Shown one piece after another: positions 1 to 10,791 of a stretch of 64,000 nucleotides of DNA. The stretch lies in NCBI GenBank assembly GCA_036630325.1, contig CP142733.1, positions 806,001 to 870,000 on the forward strand, written 5' to 3'. This stretch comes from Vairimorpha necatrix (lineage: Eukaryota). A model generated the notes under the pieces. The model saw nothing but the letters and a program-made list of their open reading frames with translations. It was not told the origin of the DNA and ran no database searches. Made by a program: the position numbers and the translations under genes. Position 1 is the stretch's first letter. Each line of letters opens with the position of its first letter.

Positions 1-1446
1 GATGAGACAGAAATGCCTGTATATTTCATTTCAAGAAAACTAAATCCAGCTGAAATCAATTACACAGTAACCGAAAAAGAATGCCTGGCGATAATATGGA
101 GCATATCTCAATTCCGTATTTATCTTACAAATACTTTTACCATTAAAACTGATCATCAAGCACTCAAATGGCTGCTAAGTTATAAAGAAAGTACAGGAAG
201 ACTAATGAGATGGATTCTCACATTGGAAAATTACTCCTATGACATCGAATACATAAAAGGAAAAGATAACGTTGTAGCTGACGGATTGACAAGATTTGTT
301 CACACAGTAAAATATAAAAATGAACGAGAACTATCGCCCGAGAGTCGTAAAGAACTTATACTGAAATGCCACGAAGAATGTGGACATGGAAGCACTCTCC
401 CAACATACACTCTAACTCTTGACCAAGCCAAATGGAAAGGCATGTATGAGGAAATAAAACAAGTGATTGGAAAGTGTCAGGTATGTTTAAAATTCAATTC
501 AAAAAGAATAACAAGAGAACACCACAGGATTCGCCTAAAAGATCCATTCTCACTGGTAGGAATTGATATGGTAGGACCTCTACCTAAGTCCGAGAATGGT
601 AAAATATATCTAATAGTCGCCACAGATTACTTGACAAGATGGTGCGAAGCGAAAGCCGTAAGAAATAAGACTTCTAAAACAGTGGCTAAATTTATATTCG
701 AGGAGATTATATGTAGACATGGCCCACCCAATGAAATTCTTTCAGATAGGGGACTTGAATTTTTAAACAGTACGGTCAAAGAACTATGTAGAATATTTAA
801 AATAAGAAAATCTTTTACATCAGCCTACCACCCACAATGTAATGGCACGGTAGAAAGAACCAATCAATCACTAGTGGCCAAATTGGCAAAGATCATAAAT
901 GGAAGGTGGAAAGACTGGGACGAATACGTCGAACTGGCTCTATACGCGTACAGAATTTCTCCCAGAAAAATAACAGGACTCTCTCCCTTTGAGCTATTAT
1001 ATGGACGAAAACCTATGACATGGGAACATCCCGAAGAAGAAACCTTAGATTTGGAAGATAATTTTTTAATATTTGAAAGATTAAAGCATACTCGGGATAT
1101 TATGTTACAAGCCGAGAGAGAGGCCAGAGAAGGTGAAATAAAGGATGTTAAAGAACAGACACTTCAGATAGGAGACGTGGTGCTAAGAAGAAAACCACTC
1201 ATCAAGATTAAAAATAAATTGGATAGTAAGTTCGAGGGCCCATACACGATAACTAAGGTGGGTAAGAAAGGGGCATATGAAATAATAAGCCCTAATAATG
1301 AAGTGTTCTCGGTGAATTGGAAAGACCTAAAGAAGATGGACTTTGAACTAGAAACCTGGGAGCCGATAAAGAAAGGGGGAGTGTCAGGGGACAGATCTCC
1401 GGTGATACTAAGATTACCCTGGAGATCTGAGAATACCATGCTGTAA
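1..1446 (+). CDS. Ty3/Gypsy pol C-terminal part (RNase H + integrase), runs in from the window edge
   Basis: RNase H motifs NYTVTEKECLAI, TDHQAL, NVVADGLTR; integrase HEECGH...CQVC zinc finger, GIDMVGP, SDRGLEF, YHPQCNGTVER, KFEGPY. The stop codon lies inside the 3' LTR. Confidence 0.95.
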   Translation, partial: DETEMPVYFISRKLNPAEINYTVTEKECLAIIWSISQFRIYLTNTFTIKTDHQALKWLLSYKESTGRLMRWILTLENYSYDIEYIKGKDNVVADGLTRFVHTVKYKNERELSPESRKELILKCHEECGHGSTLPTYTLTLDQAKWKGMYEEIKQVIGKCQVCLKFNSKRITREHHRIRLKDPFSLVGIDMVGPLPKSENGKIYLIVATDYLTRWCEAKAVRNKTSKTVAKFIFEEIICRHGPPNEILSDRGLEFLNSTVKELCRIFKIRKSFTSAYHPQCNGTVERTNQSLVAKLAKIINGRWKDWDEYVELALYAYRISPRKITGLSPFELLYGRKPMTWEHPEEETLDLEDNFLIFERLKHTRDIMLQAEREAREGEIKDVKEQTLQIGDVVLRRKPLIKIKNKLDSKFEGPYTITKVGKKGAYEIISPNNEVFSVNWKDLKKMDFELETWEPIKKGGVSGDRSPVILRLPWRSENTML

Positions 1447-1605
1447 GTATTCTCCCTCTTTACATGTATAATTTTTGGAGGGAAATTGGTGATATTTTCC
1501 CGCCTAAAATTATAAAAGAAAATCATGCCCAGAAGGGTATGAAGAATAATAAAAATATTAGTCTAAAACATTCTTCTCGGACTGATGGGAAACCATCAGT
1601 CCACA
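1382..1605 (+). mobile_element. 3' LTR (~224 bp) of the Gypsy element
   Basis: Polypurine tract AAAGAAAGGGGGAG immediately before TGTCAG at 1382; ends ...TCCACA; contains AATAAA; colinear with a diverged copy at 40197-40411. Confidence 0.75.
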
Positions 1606-1624
1606 GAGTATGTTAATATAAGTA

Positions 1625-1790
1625 ATAACTATGTCAGCCAGACATGGGCTTGATACAGATCAGGAAGGGGTCTTCGAGAGCCCAATAAGTGAATCTCAGA
1701 AGGAAGTCCTGGAACTGCCAGATGAGACTGTAAGCGTATCTTGTGAAAAGTAATTAATAAGCCGAATATTATACCCAAATAAATTATATT
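1625..1790 (+). mobile_element. 3' fragment of RLE-type non-LTR retrotransposon (subfamily A)
   Basis: Translates ITMSARHGLDTDQEGVFESPI, matching LTMSIRYGFDTDQEEVFENPI at 19.7 kb; shared tail TTATACCCAAATAAATTA. Confidence 0.7.
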
Positions 1791-3032
1791 AATTAATAAA
1801 AGTAAAATCTGTTTGTTGTTTATACACTAAAGTCTTGGTCGTGGTCTTAAATTTTTGTGATATGTTTAACTACTGAATTTTTTTTTCAATATATCATTAT
1901 TTTATAGAATATAACGATAAATCTTGAATTTTTTGAAGGGAATATTTGCATCTATCTCATTATTTATACGAAGTACTACTAAGTTGTATTGGTCGAAGAG
2001 AAAAAAATAGTTGTACTATTTCTCATGATTTTTCTAGTAATATTAACTTAATAGACTAAAAAAATGAATGTGTTATAGCCAAGACGAAGATTATATTTTT
2101 ATTTGATAATGCATTTCATAAATAGCAGTATGATAACATATTTTTACATAAGAAATCACTAAAACTTTGGTTTGTTATAATAACTTGAAGGATTTGACCA
2201 AAATTTTATTATATCTCTTTGTAATATACAAATTGATGAGTTTTTCAAATAAATAACAATTATATTAAGGTATGATATCTTATGGCTTTTTATACTTGGT
2301 TATGAATGCAAAAGCTTCTCGGTTGTTTTGTTAATATTAGTCTTGCCAATCAATGCTATGGAAATATTGCTTCTACTTTTCATAGCAAATACCCTCATTG
2401 CCGACATGAATTCTCTAAATTGTTCGAATTCAGTTCTGCGATTATTTTATATGTTTTTTACTCGTAGATCGAAAAATTTTGTAATTACATGGATATATAA
2501 TCTCAAAAATATAAATCTTCATAAAAATTCGATATATGTTGTGGTTATAATCTTTATATCATATGGTATTAGCACAATTTATATTAATAAGATATTTAAA
2601 AAATTATTTTATATGGAAGTTTTTTTTTGAATTTAAAAATAAACCTGTCAAATATTTTAATTTGTTTGCTCATGTAAAAAATCTCAAAGCAAGAACTTAG
2701 TCATCAAGATATAAAAATTATTTAAGTAAACTTTTTACATAATATTTATTATAAGCATATTTTCTTGTATGTTTTTTTTTACAATGTAATTATGATCATT
2801 TAACTTTGTATTTTGTAATTTTGAATACATTTTACATTTGCACACATTAATTTACTCAATGTTAAGTGCAATATTACATATAATCATGATTACAAATAAA
2901 TCACTTATATTGTTTTGTAATAATTATAAATATTACATTGGTTAAAATTAAACATCAAAAATGAAATATAAAGATATATATGCAAAAAAAAAATTTCATT
3001 TTTGTATATATATAAAAAAATTTAATAGCCCC

Positions 3033-3968
3033 ATGATACATTTAATTTTCCAAATTATTGCAATAAGTTGTACTGACAGCGTATTTGTAATTCCAGATGG
3101 TGAAAATGCAAGTGTTTACATAGCTTTAAATGAAGAAGATTTGCCTGCAAGTTATATAATCACTGAATTGGTTAATGAAAATTTTATCAAAGAATCTATA
3201 AAAACTTATAAACAGAGATCAAAACTAGAAAGTATTGGGCAATATCCTTTCGAAAAAATTACAGTAAAAGACAGAATAGGCTTGAAAAGTATTTTTAATA
3301 GCTTCAAATACGGTATCTCGAAAAATAAAAAAAAGACTGAATCCTTTTTAAACAGTTATTTAGTGGCAGTTGCGAAAATTCCAAACTATAAAAATAAAAA
3401 ATATATAATAGATTTGATGAAACCAAAAGATTTTTGTCTTGCTGACACTTATTCGACAAGTAAAAAACTTTTCTTCAATGAATTTCCAAATTTCTATCTA
3501 CTAGAATTTTGCAGACCATATAATTGCAGCAAGTATCGACCATTACAATTAATTCCCTCGTTGTACCAAAACGCCTTGCTTTTTTCATTAAATCAACGGA
3601 CTATAAACATAAATCAAAATAATTTGGAAATAAATGAAAAATTTGAAAGCGAAAATGAAGTTTTTAATAAACAGGCAAATGATGAATCAGAAGATAAAAT
3701 AATTAATAAGCGAGAAGTACTAGAGATTAGGAATGATTTTACAGGTAAACCAGTTCTAAATAATTTAGAAAATGAAAAATCTGATGAAAATACTATACAG
3801 GAAACTAACGAAGAAATTTTTGAAGATCTAAATACACAGGAAAGTTCGAAAAAAATCTATTTGTTAACGCAAGAAAAAGAAAAAAATGATATTTATCTTG
3901 ATTGCAAAGTTTTCGAAAAGAATAGATCCTATATTTCAGTCTATAATTTTGGTAATCTTTTTGATTGA
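3033..3968 (+). CDS. Putative secreted protein, lineage-specific family; paralog of 4648-5613
   Basis: Likely start CCCC-ATG at 3033 (MIHLIFQIIAISC, signal-like); shares YIAL..SYIITELV and DTYSTS.KL.F blocks with its neighbour. Confidence 0.8.
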   Translation: MIHLIFQIIAISCTDSVFVIPDGENASVYIALNEEDLPASYIITELVNENFIKESIKTYKQRSKLESIGQYPFEKITVKDRIGLKSIFNSFKYGISKNKKKTESFLNSYLVAVAKIPNYKNKKYIIDLMKPKDFCLADTYSTSKKLFFNEFPNFYLLEFCRPYNCSKYRPLQLIPSLYQNALLFSLNQRTININQNNLEINEKFESENEVFNKQANDESEDKIINKREVLEIRNDFTGKPVLNNLENEKSDENTIQETNEEIFEDLNTQESSKKIYLLTQEKEKNDIYLDCKVFEKNRSYISVYNFGNLFD

Positions 3969-4647
3969 TAACGACCGAAAGAGCTTTTATTTACTATTTA
4001 AACATTATAAAACGAAGTAAATGTTAATAGAACAAAAAATCATAATTACTAAATACTTTATTTTTCCAATTTAAATAACATAAAAAGGAAATTCATCAAT
4101 TATGATTTTAGAATGCTCCACCAATTATCGTTCTTATAATGAAAAAGATTTAATAAATAATAGCTAATTTAATTTGTTTTTTTTTTTCTTGAAAATTTGC
4201 AATTTAATTTCCACATATATATATGAAAATCTACAAACTACGATAGATCAAGCATTCTAAAGTCATTGATTACTTAGTTATAACAAAGTATGTTAAAAAA
4301 CAATGCATAAAATCAAGCTTAAAATACTCAGTATCAAGTTTTAATATTAAAACATAGTACCAATTTTTAAGAAAATGACAATGTCAAATATGCTTTGTAT
4401 AAAATATAAAAAAAGACATAAATGAAATAAATTAAAATAGCTTCATAAACTAATTAACAAAAACCGAAAAAAAACCTAAAAATATTAATAATGTCTAATT
4501 ATTACATCAGTGATGTTGTACCAAGAAGTTTAAATCTATAATGAATAATATTTATATTAATAGTTATAAACATAAAATATTTATAGTTACATAAATTGTA
4601 AATTTTCAATATCGAACTAATAATTTTATTTTTTAAAAATTCCACTC

Positions 4648-5613
4648 TTACTTCCTAACTTGATTGTTTGTAGAATTTTTAGGTTGCGGATACATATCTG
4701 GGTTATATCCTTCGTCAAAATTCTGATATTCTCCATTACCCAATACACTCTTCATCAATTTTTTATTCCACCCAATATCTTTAGAAGTACAAGAAGATTC
4801 CGGGACTTTAGTTGTTGACTCAGTCGTTTTATTTTTATCTAAAGAAAACGAATGATTTATCTTTTTATCATCTTTTGGATTAAAATCAAAATTAACAGAA
4901 ATTTCAGTATTGTTTAAAATTTTTCTTGTAAGCGATATACCTCCCACCTGTTTTAATACTTTACAAACAGCTTTTTTGCACATGCCCTGTAAACCACGTC
5001 TAATAGTTTTCACTTCTAAATCATGATCTTCGTTTTCTACATTAAATTTTTCGGGCTTTGACAAATCAACCCCATAAAATTTTTGTATTGTTTCAGGTCC
5101 ATGGATTGTACTGGGATTATATACATTTAACCATCTTAAGTTATAAAATTTAGTAGACACATCAAACATTAATTTCTCACTTGTAGAATATGTGTCTACA
5201 ACTAATCCATCATAAGTTTTCATTACATCAATGTAATAAGTTTTATCTTTATTTAGTGGCAAAGTCGCCATTAATACGATTACACTTTTCGAAAAACAAT
5301 CCATAAGTTTTTTTTCTTCATTGGAATTAGTATCATAAGACCTTATCAGATTCATTAAATTCGGGTTTGATGCTGATGTCACTGGTTGGAAATAGTATGG
5401 CTTACATTCTTTCCCTGAATTACTTCTTTTATTGTAAGTGTTTATTACACCATTAATTAAATCTTTCTTAACCAATTCTGTTATTATGTAACTTGAAATC
5501 GGTTGCGCTTCTGCTAAACCTATGTAGATATCTACATTGATATCATCTCTCGATTCAATGAATATGGTATCTGAACAAACTATTAATAGAAAATTCAATG
5601 CACATAATACCAT
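4648..5613 (-). CDS. Putative secreted protein; paralog of 3033-3968
   Basis: CCCCC directly before ATG; hydrophobic N-terminus MVLCALNFLLIVCS; YIGL..SSYIITELV and DTYSTSEKLMF shared with the paralog. Confidence 0.8.
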   Translation of the reverse strand: MVLCALNFLLIVCSDTIFIESRDDINVDIYIGLAEAQPISSYIITELVKKDLINGVINTYNKRSNSGKECKPYYFQPVTSASNPNLMNLIRSYDTNSNEEKKLMDCFSKSVIVLMATLPLNKDKTYYIDVMKTYDGLVVDTYSTSEKLMFDVSTKFYNLRWLNVYNPSTIHGPETIQKFYGVDLSKPEKFNVENEDHDLEVKTIRRGLQGMCKKAVCKVLKQVGGISLTRKILNNTEISVNFDFNPKDDKKINHSFSLDKNKTTESTTKVPESSCTSKDIGWNKKLMKSVLGNGEYQNFDEGYNPDMYPQPKNSTNNQVRK

Positions 5614-6960
5614 GGGGGTACTTAATAATTTTATTTTTATAGAAATTAATTAATTTATGAAATAAAAGGCGGGATCTTTAGAAGTAAAATTAAAAAAGAT
5701 AAATTACTATTTTGAACTTTAAAATGCACTAGAAAGATTTTTACAACTATTTTGGACTGAAAGAATTTTTATAATTTTATTTTAGTACTTAGTTTTTTAT
5801 AGTATATACGACATTAACCATCTAGTTATGATAATATTGTAATTTACCTAAAATTCGATCTTGTAATATATCATTTTTTTATTGATTTTTGATTTTCTAA
5901 AAGTCTTTTTTCGTTATTAAAAAAAAGTAGTATAATTTTATAGATGGTCAAAAAGAATTCTTACAGCCTATTTATAATCCAAATACAATGTTTTGTAGGC
6001 GTGAGACAATATTAACTGCTTGTATGAAAATCTTACATTTTTTTTCATACCGCTTAGAAAAATTTAACTTCTAAGTTGTTTATAAAATACAACTTTCAGG
6101 TTTATCTTCCTGATAATGTCATGATTCAAATTAATGTAAATTTTAATTAAGAAAAAAATGAATCAAAAATCAATAATTAATTGTACCTGAATTTTATAAA
6201 TTAAACTTAAAAAGCATTGCTGTTAATCTTTTAATATCACAAATCTGCTTCATTGTGCTATTATTTTTGTGTTTTTGTCAATTGATAATATTATATCGCA
6301 TTTGATCAACAAAAAAGTTCTAAAGTCCAGTATTTTGATTTTTTATATTTTTTACTATAGTATTAAGATACTTGATATACACAAAATGCTTTTTTATTTT
6401 CCCTTATAATAATACAGTATTATTTTCTTTAATATATTAGTTTTTTTCATTTAAATAACTTTAATTATATTACAATAATAGATATCAATTAAAAAATATA
6501 AAAATATAAATTAAATGGCATCAAAAAGATAACTTAGGAATTTAATGTTAAACGAATGGAGTTATAGCAGCTTTATTGTGTCTTATGTATTAAATAAGTA
6601 ATTTTGTTCAGTTTATTTAATTAGTATCGCATCTCTTAAATTCATTATTTCTTCGCAGTTTTCTTTCATTATTTTTTTGACAGTAACACAATTTGATATT
6701 TATAAATTTTCATAAGTCTATTCGATATAATATTAGACTAATCAATAAGAACTTTCTTCTGTGTTCTTTTCATTTTATTTTTATTTCATCTCATGCAGAT
6801 AAAAAAACTCGCGTTTTTTATTCTGGTTTGGTGTATTTCTTGAGTCTATATAAATACTTGTAAATATTTATCTTCCGATTTAACTTACACTTGATATTTT
6901 TTTCAATTTGTGTCATATATTTTTTAGATGACTCGTTATTGTGCCTTACTATATTACAAG

Positions 6961-7743
6961 TTTTTTTTTCTTGCAAGTAAGAGGTAGGGAGAAACCTTAC
7001 ATAGGACCAAGGGGATTTGGGTGTGATCCTCATCCAACTGGTACTGTGAGATTCTTACTCACTAAAACTACCTCCATACAACTTGCCGGTGCAGCAAACT
7101 CCGCCGTATCCTTTGGACAACAGTCCAAAGAATAATTTTCATTTATAACATAATTTGCGTATGATAATCTCTCAGCAAATACACATATCAGGCATAGATA
7201 TCTCTCCATGTGAGAGACAATTCGTACTAATTTAATGGTCCCTACAATCACCCGTATTGCACACACGGCTCTTTACACGACCACATCACCAGCACTCCAT
7301 TTTCATTGGACTGCGTTGACCACCAGTTTTCCATTAGTTTTGACCACCGTGTTACAGAATTTTGTAGAATAGGTTCAACGAGACCTTCTATTGTCCTACT
7401 TCTTCTAGTCTCTAAGTTGGCTCTAGGACCCCACTCTAGAGTGCATCAGCCATGGGCTCCAACTAGGCCGTACCCATTAGATACTTTTATGTATCATTAA
7501 GCCACCAAAGGGCGATACTATTTTTTTTTGGCTTTGAGGTGCGTTTCTACACTAGATGCTAATCCCCTCGTGGCTGGACTCACACAAGTTTTATTGATTC
7601 AACTTAATAATTATCGTGGACATTTTCATCATCTGAGGTGTTCCAACTGCATCATAGAAAGTAGAAACAATTAGGGAGCCTTGGGAATCGAACCCAGCCA
7701 TTGCTTAATGGAAGCATTGCCTTTTCACTAGGCTAAGGGCTCC
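6961..7743 (-). mobile_element. tRNA-derived SINE, copy 1 (full length)
   Basis: Cloverleaf head at 7674-7743 (acceptor GGAGCC/GGCTCC, D stem GCCT/AGGC, B box GGTTCGATTCC); A9 tail; 15-bp TSD TTA(C/T)TATATTACAAG at 6946-6960 and 7744-7758; second copy at 45208-45995. Confidence 0.85.
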
Positions 7744-8119
7744 TTATTATATTACAAGATGTTAATTAATTGTTTTTTAAAAACTCTGAATTTCTAGTTA
7801 GAAAATTTTTATAATTAATTCATGTTTTTTTTTTTTAGAAAATTTTATCTCATTTTATTAAAATGACTTAATAAAGTATGTAAATTTTTTCTGAGACTAA
7901 AAAACAATTTGTAGTATCAGCATACAATTTACAGGCAAAGATCGTCTAAAAACATTTCATCATGAAATATTGTAAAAAATATTAGTTTTTAAAATTTTTT
8001 TACTAAATAATTTATGACAAAAATTTAATATCTAAAAGAACAATTCGTAGAAGCTTAATTATTTAAATTAAAAAAAAAAATAAATTTATTTTTTTTACTA
8101 GATTTGTAAGTTTCACTTT

Positions 8120-8510
8120 AGGCCCTTGTTAATTCATTTATATTGGCCCATATAATGTGCGTCTATATCTTACTTATAAAGATGAAATTTGCCTAGTATT
8201 AATCTCAGTTCTTTAGTATTTATAGGAGTTTTTTACATATTTCACCATGTATGAGATATTATCTGTCTTTTACCAAATAAGTATGCCCAATAAATCGCCA
8301 TGCAGCAAATAAAAAGTCTACTTAGATTTGTAATATTTTTCTCATTTACCATATCATGTCAGAATCAAGATTTCTCTATGTTCTTATATGAGCATACTTG
8401 CATTTTTTCTAATGTCCATCTGACTCTCCGAAGTTTATCATTTTACCAGAGGTACAAATATGTTAAACTTCGCGATATATCTTATACATCTAAGAAATAG
8501 GTCACATTTC
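8120..8510 (-). pseudogene. Decayed Gypsy reverse transcriptase fragment
   Basis: Minus-strand pieces TYFLDV, KLRRV..TLEK and KTPINTKELRLILGKF resemble YLDD and P.NVKELRRFLG; many stops and frameshifts. Confidence 0.4.
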
Positions 8511-8539
8511 CAAATTTAAATAAATTTAATATGTTTTAT

Positions 8540-8770
8540 TTCTAATATATATATTTACTCTAATATATTATTATTTACTCTAATATATTATTATTTACTC
8601 TAATATATTATTTACTCTATATTTATATTATATTTTAGATCTATATTAATTTATATTATATTTAAATCTATATTAATTTATATTATATTTTAGATCTATA
8701 TTAATTTATATTATATTTTAGATCTAATATATATTTACTCTATATTATATTTTAGATCTATATTATATTT
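8540..8770. repeat. AT-rich minisatellite
   Basis: Repeated TCTAATATATTATTATTTAC and TCTATATTAATTTATATTATATTTTAGA units. Confidence 0.8.
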
Positions 8771-9750
8771 TATAGTGTTTGTTTATTAAAAATATTTAAA
8801 TATTTCATATCTATGTACCACACTTTCTTCTCATACTCAATCTCCTCATTCTCCCCAAATACCACTATCCTCTTCCCTTCATTCTCCTTAAATATTCTTC
8901 TATAAGCTTCTGTCTTATCTTTTATTGTTATTAAATCTTCATTTAATATATTCTCATATTTAAAAAATGTTATTTCTGCTAACATTTGACTCAGACTACA
9001 TTCACTAGCCAATTTAACTTCTATTCCTTTTCTTTTTACTTGTAAAATATTACTATACACTTTACTAAACTTATTATTTAATAATCTATCTACTTTATTA
9101 AATAATAAAGTAGAATAATGAAATTTCCCTTTAATTCTATTTAAATTATATAATTCTCCTTCTTCTTGTAATGAGAATTTATTAAATTCATGTTTTATTC
9201 TACTAATTAATTCTTTAGAATCTTCTATTTCATAATCATTATATTTACTCAAATCAAATAATGAGTCAACATTTAATATAAAAAGATAATCTCCTGTAAA
9301 ATTAGGATTTATTTTTATATTTGTTATATTTTTAATATTATAATCTTCTTTTATAATTTTTTGTAATTTTCTATCATTTTCTATTCTAAATAATAGAAAA
9401 TGATTTTCTGTATCTTCGAACATTTTAGTATAATTTTTCATTATTTTAAAATTTTCTTGAATTTTTTCTAATTGTTTTTTATCTATGTAAGCTTTTTTAT
9501 ACATCCAGAATATTGAAGAATACATGTATTGAGTAATGTATTTTTTTTCAAATGAAGGAATAACAAGATGAAAATCAAAATCAATTTTCTCTAAAATATT
9601 TAGAACTAAATAATTCTTTTTACCATTTAATTCATATTTTAAATTTTCTAAACTTTTTCTTTGTTTTAGATATTCTCTAATAAATGTCTTATTCTGATTT
9701 AAATAATTTTTATCTCTACATTTTTCCAATATTTCTGTCAATTTATTCAT
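8770..9750 (-). CDS. Hypothetical protein (326 aa)
   Basis: Long ORF within the gene-dense block; CCC ~10 nt upstream of ATG; no motif recognised. Confidence 0.8.
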   Translation of the reverse strand: MNKLTEILEKCRDKNYLNQNKTFIREYLKQRKSLENLKYELNGKKNYLVLNILEKIDFDFHLVIPSFEKKYITQYMYSSIFWMYKKAYIDKKQLEKIQENFKIMKNYTKMFEDTENHFLLFRIENDRKLQKIIKEDYNIKNITNIKINPNFTGDYLFILNVDSLFDLSKYNDYEIEDSKELISRIKHEFNKFSLQEEGELYNLNRIKGKFHYSTLLFNKVDRLLNNKFSKVYSNILQVKRKGIEVKLASECSLSQMLAEITFFKYENILNEDLITIKDKTEAYRRIFKENEGKRIVVFGENEEIEYEKKVWYIDMKYLNIFNKQTL

Positions 9751-9985
9751 TGGTTATTTAGGGTATAAAAAAAAACATAAATTTAATATTATATGTTATA
9801 TTCAGTAATAATATTAAACCCCAATTATGTTAAGCACTAATATTACATATAAAACATTTGTACATATTTAATTAATTATTGTAATATAATTAATACTAAT
9901 ATATATTTAGTATATGTAAGGCATTACCTTCTTGTGTCTATCTCGCATTTTTTTTTTTGTTTTTTTTTGTCACCCTTACTTGTTC

Positions 9986-10600
9986 ATGCAAAATTTAAAT
10001 TTGTCAGAAATAAATACACAAGAACAAACAAACTCAGAAATTAAACAAACAAACTCAGAAATTAAACAAACAAACTCACTTAATCAAAATACTAAAGATA
10101 TAAATTCTACTAAAGATATAAATTCTACTAAAGATATAAATTCTACTAAAGACATTATATCTACTAATGACATTATTAAATATTTCCACTCCAAGTCCAA
10201 ATACATCTCCGACTCAGAATACAATACTCTTCTAAATATCCTTACTAAGATCAAGTACACTGAAGAATGTGAATACAAGAAGCTCAAAGAAGAAGGAGAT
10301 TTAGAATACAGAAAGGGAAATTACAATAAAGCCCTAGTTTTATACACTAAATATATACAAGGGAATCCCAATACAGTGATTTATAATAATAGATCAGCCT
10401 GTTATTTTAAATTGAATATGTTTAAGGAATGTGAAGAAGATTGTAAAAAGGGCCTTGTTTTTGATGAATTTTTTGTTAAGTTTTATGGGCGCCTTGCCTT
10501 GTGCACGGCAGAAGGAGAAGAGTGGATTAAAAAAGGACTGGATTTAGAACCAGACAATAAAATATTGAGACAAATTCAACAACAAATACAATCTAAATAA
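9986..10600 (+). CDS. TPR co-chaperone, Sgt2/Sti1-like
   Basis: Start at MQNLN (CCC 11 nt upstream); TPR clamp residues KEEGD..Y...Y..A...YTK, YNNRSACY.KL, KFYGR; short KDINST repeats at the N-terminus. Confidence 0.8.
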   Translation: MQNLNLSEINTQEQTNSEIKQTNSEIKQTNSLNQNTKDINSTKDINSTKDINSTKDIISTNDIIKYFHSKSKYISDSEYNTLLNILTKIKYTEECEYKKLKEEGDLEYRKGNYNKALVLYTKYIQGNPNTVIYNNRSACYFKLNMFKECEEDCKKGLVFDEFFVKFYGRLALCTAEGEEWIKKGLDLEPDNKILRQIQQQIQSK

Positions 10601-10791
10601 AATTATTCTATTTTATAATTTTTTCTTTTTACTATTGTATTGATATTTTATTCTACTGTGTTTTTTATGTTCTAAAATAATGTGGCCGTATTAGTTCATC
10701 CAATATGAAATTAGTTCATCCAATTAGTTAATCCTAAGGACTTCCTCTTTATTTAACTTTTATATAATGAATTAGACCACACTAAATATTT

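Noticed and set aside
1164-1526. 120-aa minus ORF similar to ORF 40060-40428
   Set aside because: Antisense reading of the LTR and solo LTR.
2328-2630. 100-aa hydrophobic ORF
   Set aside because: TTG start, no CCC context, AT-driven composition.
6818-7500. Short ORFs in the repeat, and apparent gag/integrase-like words (also 45062-46076)
   Set aside because: Frames are not preserved between copies apart from one short antisense ORF; explained by the higher GC of the SINE.
7620-7640. Hammerhead ribozyme in the SINE
   Set aside because: CAGATGA rather than CTGATGA, and no matching stems or GAAA core.
7674-7743. Functional tRNA gene (also 45923-45995)
   Set aside because: Aberrant anticodon arm, and embedded in a repeated unit with tail and TSD; it is a SINE head.
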